Notes: generated from the letters alone by a model not told the origin. A stretch of 20,000 nt of DNA from an uncultured virus (IMG/VR IMGVR_UViG_3300009034_001352) (IMGVR_UViG_3300009034_001352:45213-65212); one strand, 5' to 3'; shown: positions 1 to 8,666, counted from the stretch's first letter. Numbers and translations: made by a program.

Positions 1-462
1 CATGTTATGGAAGTTGAGAGAATATTTTGGGAAGATAAATTTCCTGTATATGCTGAATGGAAAAAGAAAACTATAAAAGAATATGAAAAAAAAGAATATG
101 TGGAATTATTTACAGGTTTTCGATGTAAAGGGCCTATGAAAAGAAATGAAATTATAAATTATAGAATTCAGGGATCTGCTTTTCATATCCTTTTATGGAC
201 ATTTAATCAAGTAATGAAAGAAAGTAGAAAATTTAATAAAAGTTTTTTGATTGGACAAATACACGATTCCATGTTAGCTGATATTTATCCAGATGATGAA
301 GAAGAGTTTGATTATTTAGTTTGGTATTATGGAACACAAAAAATACCAGAATGTTGGGATTGGATTATTGTTCCATTAAAAATAGAAAAAGAAAGATCAG
401 CTATAAATGGAAATTGGGCTGAAATGGAAGATCAAGGATATTTAAAAGGAGAAAAAGAATGA
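1..462 (+). CDS. polA: DNA polymerase family A, C-terminal part (5'-truncated by window)
   Basis: Frame is open from base 1. Contains NYRIQGSA (PolA N.PIQG.A) and motif C GQIHDS, then VPLKIE...G.NWAE, typical of the PolA C-terminus. Confidence 0.9.
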   Translation, partial: HVMEVERIFWEDKFPVYAEWKKKTIKEYEKKEYVELFTGFRCKGPMKRNEIINYRIQGSAFHILLWTFNQVMKESRKFNKSFLIGQIHDSMLADIYPDDEEEFDYLVWYYGTQKIPECWDWIIVPLKIEKERSAINGNWAEMEDQGYLKGEKE

Positions 463-1199
463 AAGCAAGTAAATTGTATATTAATGATTTTGGTAAAGAA
501 AAGTGCGTATTCTGTAATTCTGATTGTTCTAAAAAGATTTTGGTTTCTTCTTTTATTAAAAAAACATTTACTAATTATGATTTATTACAAAATCCAGATG
601 GGTTATATATGTGTAAAGGATGTTATTTTAGTATGACAGATAAAAGTATAGAGGAATTGATAATGCCTGATGGAGAAATTAAAACTAATCAATCAGCTCG
701 TACCTATTCTTGGGTTCTTACTAAGAAGAAAAAAAGAGCTTTTTCAAAAAGACATATTAAAGAGATAAAAGAAATAGTTTTAAATCCTCCTAAACCTCCT
801 TTTGCTATTGTTATTTCTGATAAAGGAAAAAAACATTTAATATTCAGGTCATTAGTATCTTATTCAAGAGATGATTATGTATTACAATTTGAAGAAGAAT
901 CAGTATTTGTTAATGTAAAAAAATTAAAAGATAGAATAGAATTATGTGAGAGAATAATAGCTTTTTGTGGAAAAATTAACATTTTGAAATATTCAAAATT
1001 CAAAATTTCTAAACATAGTTTACCAAATGTTTCGGAATCTTTATTAAATCAATTTTTTTCTATTAAAGAAGAAAAGCTAATGGAGTTAGCTATATTTTTA
1101 TCAAAAAATAAAAAGGAGTGTTATAATGAGTATTATTTTATTGAAAAGTCAAAAAGAATTCAGACAGAAAATAGCGGGTTTATTTTGTTTGATGAATGA
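459..1199 (+). CDS. csf1: Type IV CRISPR-associated large subunit Csf1 (Cas8-like)
   Basis: N-terminal CxxC...CxxC (CVFC, CKGC), 'FTNYDLL', 'PPKPPF' and 'KKHLIFR' match the Csf1 pattern. ATGA overlap with the polA stop. First gene of the csf cluster. Confidence 0.85.
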   Translation: MKASKLYINDFGKEKCVFCNSDCSKKILVSSFIKKTFTNYDLLQNPDGLYMCKGCYFSMTDKSIEELIMPDGEIKTNQSARTYSWVLTKKKKRAFSKRHIKEIKEIVLNPPKPPFAIVISDKGKKHLIFRSLVSYSRDDYVLQFEEESVFVNVKKLKDRIELCERIIAFCGKINILKYSKFKISKHSLPNVSESLLNQFFSIKEEKLMELAIFLSKNKKECYNEYYFIEKSKRIQTENSGFILFDE

Positions 1200-1581
1200 A
1201 GAAAATGAAGAAGTAGAGGAAAAAATTAAAAATGAATGTATTAAATTTATTTCATTATTACCTGTTTTTTTCTCCGATTCCTTAGATAGGAAAACATTAT
1301 GGGATCGTATATCCCATGGAATTTATTCTGCTTCCACAAAGTGTGATAATGATTTTGAATCTTTTCTTAATTTTGTATTAGAGTATATTAAAGCAGAAGG
1401 AAATAAAGTCGCTAGTAATTCTGAATTTAGTTCTTTTTTATCTTTTGTAATTGAAAAATCAGATGGGTGGAAAATAAAATTTATTACTTTATGTCAAAAT
1501 AAATATTATATTTTAGTTGCATATGCTAGACAAAAATGGGAGGAGAGAAAAAAAGAAAAAAAGAAAGGAGAATTAAAATGA
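1126..1581 (+). CDS. csf4: Type IV-B small subunit Cas11/Csf4-like helical protein
   Basis: 151 aa, helical-looking ('LWDRISHGIYSAS', C-terminal 'YARQKWEERK'). Lies between csf1 and csf2 as in type IV-B loci. AAGGAG at 1113-1118. Alternative start at 1192. Confidence 0.7.
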   Translation: MSIILLKSQKEFRQKIAGLFCLMNEENEEVEEKIKNECIKFISLLPVFFSDSLDRKTLWDRISHGIYSASTKCDNDFESFLNFVLEYIKAEGNKVASNSEFSSFLSFVIEKSDGWKIKFITLCQNKYYILVAYARQKWEERKKEKKKGELK

Positions 1582-2507
1582 TAAAAACATATAAAATATA
1601 CTGTTTAATGGAATTGTTAAGTCCTCTTACTCATATGATGGAAACATCAGGTAATGAGTCTTTAATTAATAGAGAACCTATTTTTTATGATAAAAGAATT
1701 ATTCATATCCCTGTTATATCTGGTAATAGTATTAGGCACAGAATTTTAAGACATCCCGGATCTTTATATTTAATTGAACAGATGGAAATAGAAGGAAAAA
1801 TGGGATTTGATCAATTGAATTTTATGATGTATGGTGGAACTCTTTGTGAAACGAAAACAACTACTAATTTGAAGAAAATTGCACTTATGGAAGAGTTGTT
1901 TCCATTATATAGATTATTAGGAGGTTGTCTTAAAAATCAGATAATTTCTGGTAGTTTAGATGTATGGAGAGGTTTACTTATATGTGAAGAAAATAGGGAA
2001 ACAATTAATAAGTATTTACCGGAAGAATATTATATTAATAAAAAATTATTTCCTGCTGATATGTTTGTTGGTAAATATCAATATACTCGTGGTGATATGA
2101 AAAATATAAAAAGTGTTGGTAAATTGATTAAAAATTTTAATGTAATAGAAAATAGAGAAAAATCTAATCTTATGATATATAATGGACAACAAGTTAATCG
2201 TAATAGTTTCTTTTTTCATGGTTTTGCTACAAAATATGTATCTGAAATTGAAATAGGATGTATTTTTCATTGTTTACAATTATGGTCTGAAAATTACAGT
2301 ACATTGGGGGGTATGATTGCTAAAGGACATGGAAAAGTAAATTTATCCTGTTTTTTAGAAAATAAGGAAATTGATATATCTAATTGTGTTCAAATGTATA
2401 TTGATCATGTTCAAAAATATAAAAATGAAATGATAAATTGGTTGGATGAAATATTTCCAAAAAAAGAAAATAAAAATAATATGACAGGAAGTTTATTTAG
2501 TGAGTGA
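1578..2507 (+). CDS. csf2: Type IV Cas7-family backbone protein Csf2
   Basis: RAMP motifs 'LLSPLTH', 'IPVISGNSIRHRILR', 'MYGGTL', 'FPLYRLLGG' and Gly-rich loop 'LGGMIAKGHGKV'. ATG 1578 follows an AAGGAG site and overlaps the upstream stop (ATGA). Confidence 0.92.
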   Translation: MIKTYKIYCLMELLSPLTHMMETSGNESLINREPIFYDKRIIHIPVISGNSIRHRILRHPGSLYLIEQMEIEGKMGFDQLNFMMYGGTLCETKTTTNLKKIALMEELFPLYRLLGGCLKNQIISGSLDVWRGLLICEENRETINKYLPEEYYINKKLFPADMFVGKYQYTRGDMKNIKSVGKLIKNFNVIENREKSNLMIYNGQQVNRNSFFFHGFATKYVSEIEIGCIFHCLQLWSENYSTLGGMIAKGHGKVNLSCFLENKEIDISNCVQMYIDHVQKYKNEMINWLDEIFPKKENKNNMTGSLFSE

Positions 2508-3177
2508 TAATTTTAAAGTAATATGTGAATTATGTTCTCCTTTATGTGAGGATGCTCCTCAATTAGATGCTTTACTTTGCAATGAACTTATATTTAAACA
2601 AAGATTATGTATATTTGGTAAGAAATTGAGTAGAGGAGATCCAATAAGTGAATTCAAAGAACCTAGAATACCATTGCGAAGTATTAGATATAATAATATG
2701 CCCATTTATTTTTCATCAAATCCTATTTATATATGTAATTATGAATTTAGGGAAGATTTTTGTTATCATTTTGAATCAGAATTATTTTTTTTATTATTAA
2801 ATATGGAAAGAAAATCTATTTCAGCAACATCTGGAATATATAAAGATAGACGTATTCCAATTAGATTAAAGTTAGTAAAAAAGATTGTATGGTTTTGTTG
2901 TGGAACAAAAAATAGTGTATTAGAAATATTACAAAATATATCATCAATAGGGACAAAGCGAAAACAGGGATTTGGAATTGTGTTAAAATGGGAAGTGGAA
3001 GATGTAGAAAAGGATTATTCTTTTTTTATTAAAAAAGATAATAAACGGATATTGATGAGAAATATGCCAAAAGATTTAATTGAAGACGATGTTATAGGTT
3101 ATACAATTAAATATGGAGCGGTATCTCCTCCTTATTGGCATCCAGGACGTTTTATGAATATAGCTTTTCCATTATAA
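2500..3177 (+). CDS. csf3: Type IV Cas5-family protein Csf3
   Basis: N-terminal 'LCSPL...LDALL', 'GIYK..R.P', 'WFCCG', G-loop 'IGTKRKQGFGIV..WEV', 'LMRNMP', C-terminal 'PPYWHP'. GTG start overlaps the csf2 end. Confidence 0.88.
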   Translation: MSDNFKVICELCSPLCEDAPQLDALLCNELIFKQRLCIFGKKLSRGDPISEFKEPRIPLRSIRYNNMPIYFSSNPIYICNYEFREDFCYHFESELFFLLLNMERKSISATSGIYKDRRIPIRLKLVKKIVWFCCGTKNSVLEILQNISSIGTKRKQGFGIVLKWEVEDVEKDYSFFIKKDNKRILMRNMPKDLIEDDVIGYTIKYGAVSPPYWHPGRFMNIAFPL

Positions 3178-3179
3178 TT

Positions 3180-3557
3180 ATGTTGATTTATTTATATCGA
3201 GTAAATAGAGGATTGAACAGATGCATACGTACTGCCTATAGTTTTGGATTTGAAAATATTTTTTTAGTTGATTGTGGTAAATATGATAATAGATTATTTT
3301 CTGCAAAAAGAATAAGAATTAATCGTACTTTAAATTTTTCATTTGGAAAAGGTTTATTATTAGAGAAAAATAAAGGTAAGGAAATTAGATCAGTTAATCT
3401 AAAAGAATATGATTTTATTATATTAGGAGGAGAATCAATAATTCTTACAAAAAAAATATATGATGGTAATTTTTGTTATATACAAACAAAAAATGATTTT
3501 TGTTTGACATCTCCTGTAGCTTTATCTATTTTTTGTTGGGAATATCAAAAATGTTAA
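3180..3557 (+). CDS. Minimal SPOUT (SpoU/TrmH/TrmL-like) RNA methyltransferase-like protein
   Basis: 125 aa. 'LNRCIRTAYSFGFENIFLV' resembles motif 1 (N.G...R...FG), 'IILGGES' motif 2 (G.E), and 'IQTKNDFCLTSPVALSIFCWE' motif 3 (IP.....SLN...A..I..YE). ATG is 2 nt after the csf3 stop. Confidence 0.65.
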   Translation: MLIYLYRVNRGLNRCIRTAYSFGFENIFLVDCGKYDNRLFSAKRIRINRTLNFSFGKGLLLEKNKGKEIRSVNLKEYDFIILGGESIILTKKIYDGNFCYIQTKNDFCLTSPVALSIFCWEYQKC

Positions 3558-4276
3558 TAGAATGTGATAGACATACAGAAAAAGATTTGAAATTATATGA
3601 TGAATTAAATGGAATGGATTTATGTAATTTTAATTTAAGAAAGATAGATAAAAAAGAAAAAAAAGCTATTGATACAATTAAAAATTTTGTTGTTAGAAAT
3701 AAATATTATTGTGCTGTATCTTGGGGAAAAGATAGTGTTGTAGTTATTAATTTATGTTTAAAATTATGTTTAAATATTCCGATTGTGTGGATTAAAGTAC
3801 ATCCTATTTATAATCCTTATTGTGAAAAAGTACGGGATATTTTTTTAAAAAAATACCCAGAAATTAATTATCATGAATATTATATTAATTGTAAAGTTGA
3901 TGACAATGGAATAATACATGCTAAAGGAACTTTAGAAAAGGGATTTGAATACGCTGTTCGGGATTTTGGTGAAAATTATATTACAGGGATTAGATCTGAA
4001 GAATCTGCTATTAGAACATTAAGAAGTAAAATGTACGGTGTGATGTCTAAAAAAACATGTGCCCCAATAAATTATTGGAAATATGAAGACGTATTTGCTT
4101 ATCTTGCTTATTATGATTTACCAATTCATCCAAATTATGCCATGTTAGGGGGAGGTAGATATAAAAGAAAATATTTACGAGTGGCTTCATTAGGAGGAAA
4201 AAGAGGAAGGGAAAGAGGTCGTTATGCATGGGAACAAGAATATTATTCGGATTATATAAGAAAATTTGAAAAATAA
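3551..4276 (+). CDS. cysH: CysH/PAPS-reductase-like PP-loop protein (type IV-B associated)
   Basis: PP-loop 'AVSWGKDS', 'ITGIRSEES..R', 'CAPINYWKYEDVFAYL...LPIHPNY'. Overlaps the upstream stop. cysH-like genes are the known companions of type IV-B loci. Confidence 0.88.
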   Translation: MLIECDRHTEKDLKLYDELNGMDLCNFNLRKIDKKEKKAIDTIKNFVVRNKYYCAVSWGKDSVVVINLCLKLCLNIPIVWIKVHPIYNPYCEKVRDIFLKKYPEINYHEYYINCKVDDNGIIHAKGTLEKGFEYAVRDFGENYITGIRSEESAIRTLRSKMYGVMSKKTCAPINYWKYEDVFAYLAYYDLPIHPNYAMLGGGRYKRKYLRVASLGGKRGRERGRYAWEQEYYSDYIRKFEK

Positions 4277-4289
4277 TAGGAGAAGTAGA

Positions 4290-5207
4290 ATGAATTTATA
4301 TTTGAAACATCGCCCTAAATCATTTCAAGAAATGATAGGAAATAAAGAAATTATTGAGAGTTTAGAAAAAATGATTAATAAGAAAGACAAACCGCATAGT
4401 TATCTTTTTACTGGCCCAAGTGGATGTGGAAAGACCACAGCTGCAAGAATTTGTTCTGATTTAATAGGAGCTAAAGATTTATCTGTTATGGAAATAAATT
4501 CTTCTAATAATCGAGGGATAGATACAGCAAGAAATATTATAGAACAAATGAGAATGAATCCTATTGATGGGAATATTTGGTCTTTTATTATGGATGAAGT
4601 TCATCTTATGACAACAGTTGCTCAAAATGCTATGTTGAAACCATTAGAAGATTATTCTGATATTGCTTATTTCTTTTTATGTACTACAGATCCACAGAAA
4701 TTAATAAAACCACTAAAAAATAGATGCACTGAATTTAATTTTTCTTCTTTATCCTATAAATATATTTGTAAATTATTAAGAATAATGAATAGAAAAGAAA
4801 AGATAGAAATAGATAAAGAAATTATTGAAGAGATAGCAGAATATTCGGGAGGAAGTCCAAGAAGGGCTTTAGTATTATTTGAAAAAATAATAGGAATGGA
4901 AAAAAAGAAAGCAATTAAATTAATTTCTCAAGGAATAGATGAAAATGAAAGTCAAGTGATAGATTTATGTAGAGCCTTATTAAAAGATAGTTGGGGGGAT
5001 ATTTCAGATATATTAAAAAATATGGAGATAACTGATCCTGAAAAAATAAGAAGAGTTGTTTTAGGGTATATGAATTCAGTGCTTTTAAATGGATTGAATT
5101 ATAAAGCTGGATTAGCTTTGGAATATTTTTCGGAACCGTTTTATAATTCTGGAATGCCTGGAATTACTTTGGCATGTTATCAAGTTATATCTTCAGGAGG
5201 AGAATAA
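4290..5207 (+). CDS. dnaX: DnaX (DNA Pol III gamma/tau)-like AAA+ clamp loader subunit
   Basis: 'LYLKHRPKSFQEMIGN', Walker A GPSGCGKT, 'EINSSNNRGID', Walker B 'IMDEVH', 'AQNAMLKPLED', NRC (SRC-like), 'GSPRRAL'. AGGAG upstream. Confidence 0.92.
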   Translation: MNLYLKHRPKSFQEMIGNKEIIESLEKMINKKDKPHSYLFTGPSGCGKTTAARICSDLIGAKDLSVMEINSSNNRGIDTARNIIEQMRMNPIDGNIWSFIMDEVHLMTTVAQNAMLKPLEDYSDIAYFFLCTTDPQKLIKPLKNRCTEFNFSSLSYKYICKLLRIMNRKEKIEIDKEIIEEIAEYSGGSPRRALVLFEKIIGMEKKKAIKLISQGIDENESQVIDLCRALLKDSWGDISDILKNMEITDPEKIRRVVLGYMNSVLLNGLNYKAGLALEYFSEPFYNSGMPGITLACYQVISSGGE

Positions 5208-5365
5208 TGAAAAAAGGTTTTCTTTTGATAATTATTTTTATTTTTTTAATTTTAAATATAATAGTTACTATTTTAGATAGACAAATATATAGAGGTATAA
5301 TGGATTTTATATTATTAAATATTTCATTTACTTGTTTATTACGTATTGAAAGAAAGGAGAAATAA
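5207..5365 (+). CDS. Small membrane protein
   Basis: TAATG overlap with dnaX, GGAGG upstream, two hydrophobic segments. Confidence 0.6.
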   Translation: MKKGFLLIIIFIFLILNIIVTILDRQIYRGIMDFILLNISFTCLLRIERKEK

Positions 5366-5366
5366 T

Positions 5367-5546
5367 ATGTGTAATGATTGCGAATGGCTTGATTATATTG
5401 ATTTGGCAGATGATATGTTACTTGATGAAGAATATGATTTTGCTTCTGATACGATTGAAGGAATAAAAGATTGGATTAAGGAAAATGAACATGTTACAGA
5501 CAATCAAAAAAATGCTCTACAAAATATTTATAAAAGTGCAGAATAA
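5367..5546 (+). CDS. Hypothetical acidic phage protein
   Basis: AAGGAG then ATG 5367. N-terminal CxxC, 'VTDNQKNALQNI'. Confidence 0.7.
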   Translation: MCNDCEWLDYIDLADDMLLDEEYDFASDTIEGIKDWIKENEHVTDNQKNALQNIYKSAE

Positions 5547-5597
5547 TTATAAATTTTGGGTTTAAATTATTATAATATAAGTATAGGAGAAAATAAA

Positions 5598-6065
5598 ATG
5601 GAAGAGAGAGATTTATCAAATGATTTAAAAATAAATAAATTTAAATTAGAAGATGCTTGTGAAATTCAGCCTTCTTTATATATGTATTATGCAGAAGAAT
5701 TAGCTACAACTAAAGTACAAAAAGATATTATTGATGATAAGTTAGATTTTGTTATGTCTGAAGTAGAATTAGCTATAAGAGAAAAACCACCAGAAGGAAT
5801 AAAGATTACTGAATCAACGATAAAATCTTTGCTGGTAAAAAATTCAGGAATACAAAGATATAAGGAAAAATTGAGAAAAGCAAAAGAAAAGGTATACTAC
5901 CTTGAAGCTGCTGTAAAAGCATTAGAACATCGTAAACATGAACTAAATAATTTAGTGACTTTATATGTTGCCGGATATTATTCTAAACCTGTTGGGAAAA
6001 GAGAAAATCCAAGGGATCAAGCAAGAAAAAAACTTAAAAGAAATTTAAATAAGAAAGGAGATTAA
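5598..6065 (+). CDS. UvsY-like recombination mediator protein
   Basis: Coiled-coil protein with 'DLKINKFKLE', 'KITESTIKS', 'ALEHRK..L'. Adjacent to SSB and RecA. AGGAG before ATG 5598. Confidence 0.6.
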   Translation: MEERDLSNDLKINKFKLEDACEIQPSLYMYYAEELATTKVQKDIIDDKLDFVMSEVELAIREKPPEGIKITESTIKSLLVKNSGIQRYKEKLRKAKEKVYYLEAAVKALEHRKHELNNLVTLYVAGYYSKPVGKRENPRDQARKKLKRNLNKKGD

Positions 6066-6068
6066 ATA

Positions 6069-7085
6069 ATGAAGAGAAAAAAGAAATCTTTATCAAGTCT
6101 TAATAGACGAATGGTACATAGTCATAAAACGAGAGGAGGTTCAACTACTGTTTTCTCATTATCAGGTGATGTTAAATGGTATAAACCAAAAGAAGGTAGA
6201 AATAAAATTGTAATTTTACCATTTGAAATTAAATCAGAAAAACATCCTCTTGTAGCGACTAATCAACAAGGATGGGAAATAGGAGAACAGGATTATGTGA
6301 TGGATATTTATATCCATAGAAGAATTGGGCCAATGGATAAAGATATAGTTTGTCCATTAAAGAGTTATAATAAAAAATGTCCTATTTGTGAATTAGAAGA
6401 AGAATACAAAGAACAAGGAAAAGATAAAGAAGCTGGTTTATTAAGATCATCAAGAAGAGCTTTTTATAATGTAATAAATGTGAATAAACCAGAGGCAGGA
6501 GTGTTAATATTTGGTGTGAGTCATAAACTTTTTGAAATTGAACTTATTGATGAATCCAGAGCATCTGCTGAAGATGACAGTTATATTAATTTTTCTGATT
6601 TGAATAATGGATGTGTTATTGAGTTTAGAGGAAAAACTGAATATTTTGGTAAAAATGAATATTTAGAGTTCCGATCGTTTAAATTTCGTGAAAGAAGTGA
6701 AGAGATAGATGAAGCTATAGAGGATTGTAAAGAAGATGTAGTTAGTTTTGATGAATGTCTTAATCTTTTGAATTATGAAGAGATTCGAGATATACTTTAT
6801 GGAGCTGATGAAAATGAAGAAGAAGAAAAATCGAAAAAAAGAAAAAGTAAGAAAAAGGAAAATGAAATTGATGACGAAGAAGTTTATGAAAATGATGAAG
6901 AAAATAATGACGAAGAGATTTCTAAAAAAAATAAAAAGAAAGATAAGAAGAAATCAACAAAAGAAAAAATGAAAAAGAAAAAAAGTAGATGTCCTCATGG
7001 TTATGAGTTTGGAATAGATGTAGATCAATATAAGGATTGTGATGATTGTGATGAATGGGAAGATTGTTCAGAGGAAGAGGAATGA
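6069..7085 (+). CDS. gp32-like phage single-stranded DNA-binding protein
   Basis: 'WYKPKEGRNKIVILPF', His plus 'VCP...CPICE' Zn motif, 'RAFYNVI', long acidic/lysine-rich C-terminal region. Replication context. Confidence 0.7.
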   Translation: MKRKKKSLSSLNRRMVHSHKTRGGSTTVFSLSGDVKWYKPKEGRNKIVILPFEIKSEKHPLVATNQQGWEIGEQDYVMDIYIHRRIGPMDKDIVCPLKSYNKKCPICELEEEYKEQGKDKEAGLLRSSRRAFYNVINVNKPEAGVLIFGVSHKLFEIELIDESRASAEDDSYINFSDLNNGCVIEFRGKTEYFGKNEYLEFRSFKFRERSEEIDEAIEDCKEDVVSFDECLNLLNYEEIRDILYGADENEEEEKSKKRKSKKKENEIDDEEVYENDEENNDEEISKKNKKKDKKKSTKEKMKKKKSRCPHGYEFGIDVDQYKDCDDCDEWEDCSEEEE

Positions 7086-7489
7086 AAAATTGGCTTACTA
7101 CCACAGAGGCTTTGAAATATTGTAAGAGTAGAGATCGGTCTTTAACAAAGACCGGTCTTAAATATCTTGGTCTTTTGCATAGATTTGTAAGAAAAAAAGA
7201 GAATGGACATCATCTTGAATATAATATTAGTGGATTGGATAGAATTACAAGATTATCTGAACCACCAGAAGGATACATTTCAGCAAAACATATTTCAAAT
7301 AAATTAGATATTAAATTAGAAAATATTTATAGAATTTTAAAAAAATATAAAATAAAAACTTATAAATATGGATTTAGAAATATTTATTATTTTTTAGAGG
7401 AGGAATTTGTTGATGCCTACAATGAAAACGAAGAACAAAGAGATAAAGAATGTAATAATGAAAAGGAATCAAAAATCAGAAAAGATTGA
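7082..7489 (+). CDS. Putative HTH (excisionase/MerR-like) DNA-binding protein
   Basis: 'WLTTTEAL' and 'YISAKHISNKLDIKLENIYRIL' are HTH-like segments. ATGA overlap with the SSB gene. Confidence 0.55.
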   Translation: MKNWLTTTEALKYCKSRDRSLTKTGLKYLGLLHRFVRKKENGHHLEYNISGLDRITRLSEPPEGYISAKHISNKLDIKLENIYRILKKYKIKTYKYGFRNIYYFLEEEFVDAYNENEEQRDKECNNEKESKIRKD

Positions 7490-8666
7490 AAAAAGATTTT
7501 TAACTGGAAGTGATCTTCTTGATATTGTTATTGGAGGAGGAATTGGAAAAGGATATCCTGCTGGACGCATAATTAATATTGTAGGGGATAAGTCAAGTGG
7601 CAAAACATTTCTTGCATGTGAATTGATAGCTAATGCATATTATAAATATGGAAAAAAGTTTAAATGGATTTACGATGATTGTGAAAGTGGTTTTACTTTT
7701 GATACATTAAAATTATATGGAATAGAGATTATACCAAAATCTGATGATAAAAAAATAAAAAGTAACACGGTTGAAGAATTGTATTGTAATTATAGAAGGT
7801 TTTTGGAAAGTATTAAAAAAGATGAAGTAGGTATTTATGTGATTGATTCTCTTGATGGATTGAGTAGTAATGAAATATTAAATAGAAGTAATGAAAGATA
7901 TAAAAAATGGGAGGATGATAAAGAATTTAAGAAAGGATCTTATCAGATGGGAGCAGCTAAATTTTTTAGTCAAGAATTTTTTAGAGGTTTAGCTGGAAGT
8001 TCACATGACAAGAATGTTTTGCTTTGTATTATAAGTCAGGTTAGATGTAATATTGATCCTATGAATTTTAAAAAGTTCACAAGATCAGGTGGAAAAGCAT
8101 TAGATCATTATTGTAATACTGTTTTGTGGTTAGCTAATATGAAAAAAATAAAAAGAAGAGATAGAATAATTGGTATAATAATAAAAGCAAAATTAGATAA
8201 AAGTAAAACACCAAGACCATATAGAGAATGTGTTTTTCCTGTTTTGTTTGATTATGGAATAGATAATATAGGAGCAAATATTGATTATCTTTTTGATTTG
8301 AGAACTAAAACAGGAGAACTGTCAACTGATGCAAATAAGATAGTTTGGAAAGGTGAAAAAATAACAGCTTCAATTTTAAAAGATTTTATTAAAGAAAAAA
8401 ATATTGGGGAAGAATGGAAAGAATATAAAAAAGAAAATGGAACTGGGAAAAAAGAGGATATGATTAATTTTTTGAAAACACATAAAAAATGTAATAAAGA
8501 CTTTGTGAAAAGATTTGGTGAATCTAAAACAAAAGAAGAACTTATAAATTGGATTGAATCAGAGAAAATGGAAAATGAACTTAAAAAAAGAGTGAGGATA
8601 AAATGGGAAGCAATAGAAGAAGATATAAAAATAAAAAGATTAAGAAAGTACAACAAAGTCTATTGA
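7413..8666 (+). CDS. recA: RecA/UvsX-like recombinase
   Basis: 'TGSDLLDIVIGGG...GYPAGRIINIVGDKSSGKT' (Walker A), 'VIDSLD' (Walker B), 'ISQVR', 'SGGKALDHY', 'YGID'. GAGGAGG at 7397-7403. Confidence 0.93.
   Translation: MPTMKTKNKEIKNVIMKRNQKSEKIEKRFLTGSDLLDIVIGGGIGKGYPAGRIINIVGDKSSGKTFLACELIANAYYKYGKKFKWIYDDCESGFTFDTLKLYGIEIIPKSDDKKIKSNTVEELYCNYRRFLESIKKDEVGIYVIDSLDGLSSNEILNRSNERYKKWEDDKEFKKGSYQMGAAKFFSQEFFRGLAGSSHDKNVLLCIISQVRCNIDPMNFKKFTRSGGKALDHYCNTVLWLANMKKIKRRDRIIGIIIKAKLDKSKTPRPYRECVFPVLFDYGIDNIGANIDYLFDLRTKTGELSTDANKIVWKGEKITASILKDFIKEKNIGEEWKEYKKENGTGKKEDMINFLKTHKKCNKDFVKRFGESKTKEELINWIESEKMENELKKRVRIKWEAIEEDIKIKRLRKYNKVY

Noticed and set aside
459..3177. Type I or type III CRISPR effector operon
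   Set aside because: There is no cas3, cas10 (HD/GGDD) or cas6. The small Zn-finger large subunit and the cysH link indicate type IV-B.
3551..4276. Dnd/Ssp phosphorothioation system or sulfur-assimilation auxiliary gene
   Set aside because: No dndA/B/D/E, ssp or cys pathway genes are nearby; linkage to csf genes explains the gene better.
5547..5597. Sigma70-type promoter upstream of the UvsY-like gene
   Set aside because: TATAAT is present at 5571-5576, but there is no convincing -35 at proper spacing, and such hexamers are common at this AT content.
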